Shown here: positions 27,919 through 35,411 of the stretch, piece after piece
How the letters are laid out: every line of letters begins with the position of its first letter
How positions within the stretch are numbered: position 1 is the first letter of the stretch
IMG/VR virus record: IMGVR_UViG_3300020577_012118
DNA length: 64,000 nucleotides
Reading direction: 5' to 3' (one strand)
DNA from: an uncultured virus (IMG/VR IMGVR_UViG_3300020577_012118)
Lineage: Duplodnaviria > Heunggongvirae > Uroviricota > Caudoviricetes
The notes under the pieces: generated by a model
What the model was told of the DNA's origin: nothing
Databases searched by the model: none
What the model saw: only the letters and a program-made list of their open reading frames with translations
Translations under genes and position numbers: made by a program

Positions 27919-28368
27919 ATGGCACGCAATTACTCGATTTCCGGCACCGCGGCCGTCGCCTCGCCGACCAAGACTCTTCTGGGTCTGACGGGCGGGACGA
28001 CGATCCGGCCGGTCGTTTACGACCTGATCGTCGGATCGACCGCGACGCCGGCGGACAACGCCCTGGAGTTCATCCTCCAGCGCTGCACCACGACCGGCAC
28101 CAGGACGTCGATCACCCCGGCGGCCCTCGATTCGTCCGACCCGGCGTCGATCGCCACGGCCGGCCAGGCTCACAGCGCCGAGCCGACCTACACGTCCGGG
28201 CAGATCCTGCTCGACCTGGCGATGAACCAGCGTGCGACGCAGCGCTGGGTGCCGTCGCCCGGGCGCGAGATCAAGCTGCCGGCGACCGCCAGCAACGGCG
28301 TCGGGCTCCAGCCGGTCCACGCCTCGTTCACCGGAAACGTCACCGCCACCATGCACTTCGAGGACTAA
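27919..28368 (+). CDS. Probable virion structural protein
   Basis: Thr-rich beta-type sequence; AAGGA RBS. Confidence 0.55.
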   Translation: MARNYSISGTAAVASPTKTLLGLTGGTTIRPVVYDLIVGSTATPADNALEFILQRCTTTGTRTSITPAALDSSDPASIATAGQAHSAEPTYTSGQILLDLAMNQRATQRWVPSPGREIKLPATASNGVGLQPVHASFTGNVTATMHFED

Positions 28369-28421
28369 CGCCACAACGGCGTTTGTACATCCCGGGGTAA
28401 CCACAAAGAGGCTTGTGCGAA

Positions 28422-28652
28422 ATGGCATCCGAAGTTCCGACGTGCGGCATCTGCCGCAAGGCCCTGCGGCACGGGGAGAACCCGACCAAGATCCGCATCG
28501 CCATCGCCGACATGAACGACAAGAAGTACCCGGTGGTGAAGGCCGAGGGCCTCTACCAGTCGTGCCAGGAGTGCCACGACGTCTACCTCCCGGAGGTGGC
28601 GAAGCGCCTGGGCAAGAAGGTCGAGGACATGACCGCTCACGACGCTCTGTGA
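28422..28652 (+). CDS. Small Zn-finger protein
   Basis: CGIC...CQEC. Confidence 0.55.
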   Translation: MASEVPTCGICRKALRHGENPTKIRIAIADMNDKKYPVVKAEGLYQSCQECHDVYLPEVAKRLGKKVEDMTAHDAL

Positions 28653-28662
28653 GGCCAGGCCG

Positions 28663-28986
28663 ATGGGGATGAAGGGGCAGCTGTACGTCCGGACGTCGGG
28701 GCACGTGATCACGGAGTTCCCCGACGGCCGGGCCGCGCTGATCGACGAGACCGTCCAGTGCGTCCACTGCCAGCGCCACCGGATCTACCGCCGGGAGACG
28801 CTGAAGCGGGATTGGTGCTGGTGCGTGCGATGTCAGGGGACCGTCTGCAACCGCCCGGAGTGTGCCGACCGGTGCGTCCCCGCCGAGCAGCTGCTGGAGA
28901 ACATCGAGCAGGGCCGCCCGGAGGGTTACCGGCGGATCATCACGAGCGGGGGCTATGACCGTGGCGATCGAGCAAGTAGTCAATAA
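28663..28986 (+). CDS. Cys-rich hypothetical protein
   Basis: CVHC, CVRC, C....C...C. Confidence 0.55.
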   Translation: MGMKGQLYVRTSGHVITEFPDGRAALIDETVQCVHCQRHRIYRRETLKRDWCWCVRCQGTVCNRPECADRCVPAEQLLENIEQGRPEGYRRIITSGGYDRGDRASSQ

Positions 28987-29929
28987 CATCTCGACCACGC
29001 TCAACGGGGCGATCAACAACTCCACGTCGAGCGTCGTCGTCACGTCCGCCACCGGCATGCCCTCCGTCGGCAACTTCCGCATCATCGTCGAGTCGGAAAT
29101 CATGAAGGTGACGGCCCGGACCGGCACCACGTTGACGGTCGTCCGCGCCCAGGAGGGTACGGCCGCGGCGAGCCACGCCGACCTCACGGCGGTCGATGTC
29201 GTCCTCACCGCCGACTCCGTGGCCGCCTACCGCGGCGACGCCTGCCAGTCGGGCGTCGCGTCCAGCCGGCCGGCGGCCGGGTCGAGCAGCATCGGGACGA
29301 CCTACCGCGAGACGGACGGACCGCTCGTCAGCCGCGACAACGGCAGCACGCTCGAATACTTCGGCCCCATCTGGCCCTGCACGAGGCACGACGACAGCGT
29401 CTTCTCGTGGATCCGCCAGGGGACGAGCGCGACGGTCACGACCAACGGCTCGATGACGTCGATGAAAGTGTCCGATGCCGACGGGAATTTCAGCCTGCGC
29501 ACCAAGTCGAAGACGGGCAACTACACGCTCACCGTCGGCCTCATGACCCAGTGCCAGGGCGGCATCGCGTTCGGAATCATCATCCGCGACAGCACGAGCG
29601 GAAAGTTCGTCCTCCTGGGCAACTCGTTCAACGGCGGCATTCGCGTCTTCAAGATGAACTCGCCGACGAGCTACAACTCCGACTACTCGTACTCGTTCGT
29701 CCTCAACTCGAACAACTTCGAGCTTCAACAGCGCCCCGTCACCTGGCTGCGGATCCAGGCCACGGCGTCGAACCTGATCTACTCGTACTCGCTGGACGGG
29801 TTCAACTTCTTCACGCTGTGCACCTCGACGCGCACCGACTTCCTCGCGGCCGACGACCAGATCGGCTACGCCGCCGTGGCCAACCACGGCGACAACTACC
29901 TGAGCGTCTTCTCCTGGGCCGAGCAGTAA
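28955..29929 (+). CDS. Probable tail fibre/receptor-binding protein with lectin-like C-terminal domain
   Basis: STTLNGAI...EIMKVTARTGTTLTVVRAQEGTAAASH phage fibre-type N-terminus; WLRI...YSYSLDG.NF ConA-like C-terminus. Confidence 0.65.
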   Translation: MTVAIEQVVNNISTTLNGAINNSTSSVVVTSATGMPSVGNFRIIVESEIMKVTARTGTTLTVVRAQEGTAAASHADLTAVDVVLTADSVAAYRGDACQSGVASSRPAAGSSSIGTTYRETDGPLVSRDNGSTLEYFGPIWPCTRHDDSVFSWIRQGTSATVTTNGSMTSMKVSDADGNFSLRTKSKTGNYTLTVGLMTQCQGGIAFGIIIRDSTSGKFVLLGNSFNGGIRVFKMNSPTSYNSDYSYSFVLNSNNFELQQRPVTWLRIQATASNLIYSYSLDGFNFFTLCTSTRTDFLAADDQIGYAAVANHGDNYLSVFSWAEQ

Positions 29930-29938
29930 GGGGCACGC

Positions 29939-31186
29939 ATGTCTCTTACCAGCCAACCGGGACGCTCGAACTCACGCCTTGGCAACTTCCGCTTGGGCGC
30001 GGCGGCGGCGCTGGGATCCGACCCGGCGGCCGCGCCGATGGCCTGGTGCGTCACCCGGCACCACCAGGAACACCTGGCCCCCGCACGCCGGGCCTTCCTG
30101 CGGGCCGCGTTCGCCTCGCGCCTGCCCGGCTCGTGGTCGATCGAGCCGTCGTTGACGCCCGAGACGATCACGCTCGACAAGTTCCACGTCTCCCTGGCCG
30201 AGCCGCCCCGCCCGGCGACGTCACTGCTCGACCGCCGCCACGTGTTTGCCCGTGGGCAACTGGGCGACGTCGTCCGGCCCGACGCGATCGACCCGCTGCC
30301 CGGCAGCCGGCCCGTCTGGCACGTGTCGATGTCGGAGCCGCCCCGCAACGCCTCGTTCAAGCGCGACAACCGCTTCGCCTTCCCGACCCGGTTCTTCGGC
30401 GAGCCGCCGGCCCCGGAGGTGGTGACGCTCGACCGGTTCGCCGGCAGCCTGGCCCAGCCGCCCCGCAGGGCCCTGCCGCGGCCGATCACCGTCGAGTACG
30501 AAATCGACATCTCCCATCTGGGCGACGTCGAGGACGTGCGCAGTTCCGCGTTCGACGTCCGCATGACGCGCGTCGTCCTGGCCCGGCCGCCCGCGCCGCG
30601 TCTTCCGGGGTCGGAACTGCTCGAGCCGTCCCTCATCCCCGAATCGCCGATCGCCACCGACATGCCCCCCTGGCACGTGGCGATGACGTCCGCCCCGCCG
30701 CGGCCGCGGACGCACGACCGCCGCGAATACTACCCGGACCACTGGATGGTCTTGACCGACGCCCAGACGGTCGAGGCCGTCTCGACGGACAAGTTCCACG
30801 TGCCGCTGGCCATCCCGCAGCTGCGACGCCGGCCGACGGCCCCCGGGCTGCCGCTGGGCGGCATCGACCTGGCCCCCGAGCAGCGTCTCGAGGTCCTGTT
30901 CGTCGATGCGTTCGACCAGGCGATCGGCCTCCCGCCTGACCTGCGCCGCCGCGTGCTCGACCTGGCGAAGCCCGACCTGGTCGGCGACGTCACGTACCTG
31001 GCGGAGTCGCCGCACGCCGACGCCCTGGTCCGCCAGGACGTGGCCATCCCGCCGCGACACCTGTCGCGGGCGGCCGCCCAGGTCATCGACTCGTCCTGGA
31101 TCATCGACGCCAACTTCGAGTACCCTTTGATTGTCCGGCTGCGCATAGGGATGCTGGCGGCCGGCCTCTGGAGGGCAAGGGGATGA
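29939..31186 (+). CDS. Pro/Arg-rich repetitive protein, possibly virion-associated
   Basis: Repeats ETITLDKFHVSLAEPPR, EVVTLDRFAGSLAQPPR, EAVSTDKFHVPLAIP. Confidence 0.55.
   Translation: MSLTSQPGRSNSRLGNFRLGAAAALGSDPAAAPMAWCVTRHHQEHLAPARRAFLRAAFASRLPGSWSIEPSLTPETITLDKFHVSLAEPPRPATSLLDRRHVFARGQLGDVVRPDAIDPLPGSRPVWHVSMSEPPRNASFKRDNRFAFPTRFFGEPPAPEVVTLDRFAGSLAQPPRRALPRPITVEYEIDISHLGDVEDVRSSAFDVRMTRVVLARPPAPRLPGSELLEPSLIPESPIATDMPPWHVAMTSAPPRPRTHDRREYYPDHWMVLTDAQTVEAVSTDKFHVPLAIPQLRRRPTAPGLPLGGIDLAPEQRLEVLFVDAFDQAIGLPPDLRRRVLDLAKPDLVGDVTYLAESPHADALVRQDVAIPPRHLSRAAAQVIDSSWIIDANFEYPLIVRLRIGMLAAGLWRARG
30245..30260. promoter_or_regulatory. Palindromic site copy 3 (intragenic)
   Basis: TTTGCCCGTGGGCAAC. 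Confidence 0.55.
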
Positions 31187-31536
31187 TTCCGGTGGATATC
31201 CGTTGCGGCAAGGGCGTCGTCTGCCCCAAGCCGCTGCTCGTGGCCTACGGCACGATGGTCGAGAAAGTGCTCCGCCCGGTCGGCCAGGAAGAGATGGGCG
31301 ACCTGTTCCTGTGTCCGCGGTGCGGAAACCATCGCGCCATCGACCTGAACAACTCGCCGGTCGATTTCGACGTCCCTGAATGCGACCAGCCGATTCCCGG
31401 GTCGGGCGGGTGGCGGAGCGTCTACCAGTGCGACCGGTGCAAGGTCCTCATGGTCGAGGACTATCACACGACCATCGGCGAAGCCGATATCGACCCGCAC
31501 GCCGTCGTGAACCTGTTAGACGAAGAGGAGGATTGA
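31183..31536 (+). CDS. Zn-ribbon hypothetical protein
   Basis: CPRCG...CDRC; ATGA overlap. Confidence 0.55.
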   Translation: MIPVDIRCGKGVVCPKPLLVAYGTMVEKVLRPVGQEEMGDLFLCPRCGNHRAIDLNNSPVDFDVPECDQPIPGSGGWRSVYQCDRCKVLMVEDYHTTIGEADIDPHAVVNLLDEEED

Positions 31537-31539
31537 CCC

Positions 31540-33366
31540 ATGTACGAGTTCGCGCCCGGTAGCGTCGGCGTCAGCATCCACGTGTTGCTGCGCAACAGCA
31601 TCGACGGCCAGCCCAAGACCGGACTGCTGTACAACTCCGCCGGGGCGCGGGCCGGCTACGCCCGGCAGGGCGGCAGCCCGACGAGCTTCCCGCTCGTGGA
31701 CCTGGCCAGCGATGACGCCCCGTGGGTCGAGGGCGGCTTCCGCTTGCTCGACAACGCGATCGTCCCGGGCACGTGCCGCCTCGACGTGCCCGACGCGGCG
31801 AACGCGGCCGGGGCGGCGTTCTACACCGTCGGCATCGGCTTCGACGGGGTGATCGGCGAGGGCGTTCTCGTCCTCTTGCGCAACCCGGTCAACAACGTCG
31901 GCCCGGGCGCTCTGACGTACACCTTCACCGTCGAGAAGACGCTCGACTCGTCGCCGATCGCCGGCGCGAGCCTGTGGGTGTCCACCGACGCCGGCGGGTC
32001 GAACGTGATCGCCGGGGCGCTGGCCACGGGGACCAACGGCCAGGTGGCGTTCCTCCTGTCGGCCGGAACCTACTACCTGTGGATCAACGCGCAGGGGTAC
32101 GCCGTCACCAACCCCCTGGCGTTCACGGTGGCGTCGTCGAGCGGGCAGACGGTCAGCCTGGCCGCGTCGAGCGCCCCGCCGTCCCTGTCGCCTGGTGCCG
32201 ACACGCACGCCCCGCGGGTCACCGCCTGGGACCTGGGCGAGCGGCTCAACGACTTCGTCGGTGCCGACCCCGACTCGAAGAACTACCGCGGCGTCCGCCG
32301 CAGCGTCCTGGACGCGATGCGCGAGTTCGCGACGCTCCACCACTGGACGAGCCTGCGCACCTACGGCCGGCTCACCCTGAACTCCGACCAGAACACCGGC
32401 ACCGTCACGTTCGACCTGACGGGCGGGACCTACGAGAAGATGCTGACGCTCGACGGCGGCACGTGGCCGGCCTGGGCGGCGTCGGGCACCATCCTGGTCG
32501 GGACCGTCGTGGCCCGCGTCGATCGCCGGATCAGCGACACGGTGATCACGCTCAAGGACCCGTGCTTCATCGCCGACCTCCCGGCCGGCACCGCGTACAC
32601 GATCTGCCGGGACATCTACACCCTCCCGGCCGACTTCGTGGCGTCGGACAACGCCCTCGCCGAGACGTGCTGGGGCAGCCTGACGTTCATCCCCTACGCC
32701 CAGTGGCTGGCCCGCGTCCGCTACCAGGAGTCGATCGGCGAGCCGCGATGGTGGACCGTCGCCGGCGACCCGGACCGCCCCGGGCGGCTGGCGATGCACA
32801 TCTACCCGGCCCCGGACCAGGACGGGACGCTCGACTTCATGTACTACAAGAAGCCGCGTGAGGTCTCGCTGTTCGACCTGACCGAGGGCACCGCCACGGT
32901 CGAGCTTTCCAACCCAACCCTGGTGACGTTCTCCCGGCCGGTCCTCAAGGCCTCGATGGTCGGCACCGTGCTCCGCCTGGCCGACGACGCCGCCGAGCCG
33001 CCCGACGGCCTGGACGGCGTGAAGCCTTACGCTCACGAGGCGAACATCGTGTCCGTCCTCTCGACGACGACGGCCCAGATGGACGCCGCGGTTGACGCCG
33101 ACTTCCTGGCCGTCGCCTACCGCCTCTCCGACCCGATCGAGATCGACGACCTCCAGCAGGTCCTGATCGGCCGCACGGCGGAGAAGCACCTGGCCCACTC
33201 GCGCATCCTGAAGACCGCGGCGAACGCCAACAAGGTGTGGGTGGACGCCCTCGTCCTCGCCAAGGAGGCCGACAGCCGCATCGTCGCGCCACGTGCTTCG
33301 AGCCAGGCCGTCAGCCGCCGGCCCCGCCTGGCCGCCATGCCGATCGACTTCGCCACAACGTCCTGA
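31540..33366 (+). CDS. Probable head-tail adaptor/tail tubular protein with N-terminal Ig-like domains
   Basis: HWTSL, YTLPADF, GEPRWW, IYPAPD....DFMY.KKP adaptor-like motifs; GAGGAGG RBS. Confidence 0.6.
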   Translation: MYEFAPGSVGVSIHVLLRNSIDGQPKTGLLYNSAGARAGYARQGGSPTSFPLVDLASDDAPWVEGGFRLLDNAIVPGTCRLDVPDAANAAGAAFYTVGIGFDGVIGEGVLVLLRNPVNNVGPGALTYTFTVEKTLDSSPIAGASLWVSTDAGGSNVIAGALATGTNGQVAFLLSAGTYYLWINAQGYAVTNPLAFTVASSSGQTVSLAASSAPPSLSPGADTHAPRVTAWDLGERLNDFVGADPDSKNYRGVRRSVLDAMREFATLHHWTSLRTYGRLTLNSDQNTGTVTFDLTGGTYEKMLTLDGGTWPAWAASGTILVGTVVARVDRRISDTVITLKDPCFIADLPAGTAYTICRDIYTLPADFVASDNALAETCWGSLTFIPYAQWLARVRYQESIGEPRWWTVAGDPDRPGRLAMHIYPAPDQDGTLDFMYYKKPREVSLFDLTEGTATVELSNPTLVTFSRPVLKASMVGTVLRLADDAAEPPDGLDGVKPYAHEANIVSVLSTTTAQMDAAVDADFLAVAYRLSDPIEIDDLQQVLIGRTAEKHLAHSRILKTAANANKVWVDALVLAKEADSRIVAPRASSQAVSRRPRLAAMPIDFATTS

Positions 33367-33372
33367 GCCGCC

Positions 33373-33473
33373 CTACGGTCGCCTCCCGCCTGTAGGAGGG
33401 AACACCCCGCCCGGTCCGCTTTACGATGCGGAGGTCGGGGTCGTTCTCTTTCGTGGCGGGAGGCAAGCCGTGG
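33373..33473 (+). promoter_or_regulatory. About 100-nt rod-like RNA hairpin covering the RBS and start of the next ORF
   Basis: Nested pairings GCCTCCCGCC/GGCGGGAGGC, GGAGGGAAC/GTTCTCTTT, ACCCCG/CGGGGT, TCCGC/GCGGA. Confidence 0.55.
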
Positions 33474-33664
33474 CGTCGAATTCCAACGGCAAGCCGACCC
33501 CTCCGGACCCGCACGAGCCGGGGCACGAACTGTGCCCGGTGTGCGCCTGGAGGCCCTGCACGAAGAACTGCCGATTCGGCCTCGACCAGAAGGACCTCGA
33601 CCGGTTCGAGCGGATGTTCGTCCGCCCCGCCGGCGAGGGCGTTCCCGAGGGGGACGGCCGGTGA
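33470..33664 (+). CDS. Small Cys-rich hypothetical protein
   Basis: GGAGG then GTG; CPVC...C...C; GTGA overlap with the next gene. Confidence 0.45.
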   Translation: MASNSNGKPTPPDPHEPGHELCPVCAWRPCTKNCRFGLDQKDLDRFERMFVRPAGEGVPEGDGR

Positions 33665-33855
33665 GCGAGCCGGTGCGCGAACAGGTGGTGATGCGGGAGT
33701 TCCCGGGGGTCGTCCTCAACGCCGACCCGCGTGACCTCGACGCGGGCGCGGCCCGCGAGCAGACGAACCTCGTCTGCTACGGCGGCAGCCTGATCGCCCG
33801 GCGCGGCAACAGAGACGTGACCTTCGACCAGACCATCGACGCGACGCCGTCGTAA
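33661..33855 (+). CDS. Small protein resembling the N-terminal segment of podoviral tail nozzle proteins
   Basis: FPGVVLNADPRDLDAGAAREQTN....GSLIARRG. Confidence 0.5.
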   Translation: MSEPVREQVVMREFPGVVLNADPRDLDAGAAREQTNLVCYGGSLIARRGNRDVTFDQTIDATPS

Positions 33856-33865
33856 GGAGCCAGGA

Positions 33866-34390
33866 ATGAGCGGCGGGGAACTGGGAGTCGTCGAACTGGG
33901 CGAGACCCTCGTCGCCCCCTTCGCCGTGTCGGCCGGCGACGACGTCCCGGCCGAGCCGACGAGCCTGCCGACGTACCGCGTCTACGGCCAGGGCACGGCA
34001 CCGGTCACGAACGGCCTGGGGTCGGCGAGCAAGCTCGACACCGGCACCGTCACGAACGCCAGCAACGCCACGCCGATCGTCATCACGCAGGCTTCGCACG
34101 GCCTCCAGACGGGCACCTCCGTCACCGTCTCCGGGGTGACCGGCAACACGGCCGCCAACGGCACGTTCAGCGTCATCCGGGTCACCGCCGACACCTACAG
34201 CCTCACCGGGTCGAGCGGGAACGGGGCCTACGCCTCCGGGGGCGTCGCGCACGTCACCGGCCTGTACCGCCTGTCGATCGCCGTCACCGCCGGCGACGGG
34301 TACGAGGCGGGCAAGACCTACCACGTGCATGTCACGTGGACGATCGCCAGCGTGCAGTACGCCGCCCTCTTCTCCTTCCGGGTCATCTGA
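33866..34390 (+). CDS. Tail-associated protein with FCCH-like beta domain
   Basis: VTNASNATPIVITQASHGLQTG..VTVSGVTGNTAANG.F.V. Confidence 0.65.
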   Translation: MSGGELGVVELGETLVAPFAVSAGDDVPAEPTSLPTYRVYGQGTAPVTNGLGSASKLDTGTVTNASNATPIVITQASHGLQTGTSVTVSGVTGNTAANGTFSVIRVTADTYSLTGSSGNGAYASGGVAHVTGLYRLSIAVTAGDGYEAGKTYHVHVTWTIASVQYAALFSFRVI

Positions 34391-34393
34391 GCC

Positions 34394-34807
34394 ATGTACA
34401 TCGGCCGGTACAGCCTGGGCGAAGAACTGATCGTGCCGGTGCATTGCACCGCCGCCGGCCAGGTCGTCACGCCCGACGGCGCACCGTCCGTCACGTTCTA
34501 CGGCCCCGACGGCTCGACCGTCCTGTCGGCCCTCGCCGCCGGCTGGGACCGGCAGCGGACCCCCGGGCTGTTCGCCTACCGGCGGCAGCTGGGCAGCGAC
34601 TTCGCCCCCGGCCGCTACGCGGTGCGCACCGGGTACATGGCCGGGGGCGTGGTCCGGCAGCGCGTCCTGCACTTCGACGTCGTCGCCGGCGGCAGCGCCG
34701 ACGGCTGCGTCGTCTCCATGCTCCACCTGGTGCGACCTCACGCCGATTACCTGATCCGAAAGACCGACGCGGGCAAACGTCTGTTCGGGAGGAGTCCGAC
34801 GCCGTGA
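34394..34807 (+). CDS. Hypothetical tail-region protein
   Basis: LGEEL....P...P....YGP...TPGLF pattern similar to the ends of 33866-34390. Confidence 0.55.
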   Translation: MYIGRYSLGEELIVPVHCTAAGQVVTPDGAPSVTFYGPDGSTVLSALAAGWDRQRTPGLFAYRRQLGSDFAPGRYAVRTGYMAGGVVRQRVLHFDVVAGGSADGCVVSMLHLVRPHADYLIRKTDAGKRLFGRSPTP

Positions 34808-34956
34808 AGACGGACCTGGTCAAAGTGGTTCTGCTCAAGACCGACGGGAAGCGTCTGACGCTCCATCTCGAGGAGGCGGTCGCCCGGAACCTGATGCACG
34901 AACTGTGGCTCCTGCTCAGACAGGTGCCCGTCCCCGACGAGGAGCCGAAACGGTGA
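34804..34956 (+). CDS. Small hypothetical protein
   Basis: GTGA overlaps at both ends; GGAGGAG upstream. Confidence 0.4.
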   Translation: MKTDLVKVVLLKTDGKRLTLHLEEAVARNLMHELWLLLRQVPVPDEEPKR

Positions 34957-35411
34957 GCCGAAAACTCAGCAAGGAGCAGCGGACCTACTACCGCATGCTG
35001 GCCCGCTGCCACGACGAGGATCACCCGCGTTACCCCTGGTACGGCGGCCGCGGCATCCTCGTGTGCGAGCGGTGGCGTCGGGGCTTCGACGTCTTCCTCG
35101 CCGACATGGGCAAGGCCCCGTCGCCGAAGCACACGATCGAGCGGAAGGACAACGAGAAGGGCTACAGCCCGTCCAACTGCGTCTGGGCGACGTGGAAGGA
35201 GCAGGCCCAGAACCGGAGGACCTCCGTCCACCTGACGTTCCAGGGCGAGCGGCTGACGATCGCCCAGTGGGCCGAACGCCTGGGCGTCGATCGCCGCGTC
35301 GTCTGGAAGCGGATCGACGCCGGATGGTCCGCAGAGGCGGCCGTCACCACGCCCAAGGCCCCGCGCAAGCCGCGCATCATCCCGATCTCGAACGCCCGGA
35401 GGGCCGCGTGA
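34953..35411 (+). CDS. Free-standing HNH homing endonuclease
   Basis: MLARC....YPWYGGRGI.VCERW...F..FLADMG...TIERKDN.KGYSPSNC.WAT..EQ..NRR. Confidence 0.85.
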   Translation: MSRKLSKEQRTYYRMLARCHDEDHPRYPWYGGRGILVCERWRRGFDVFLADMGKAPSPKHTIERKDNEKGYSPSNCVWATWKEQAQNRRTSVHLTFQGERLTIAQWAERLGVDRRVVWKRIDAGWSAEAAVTTPKAPRKPRIIPISNARRAA

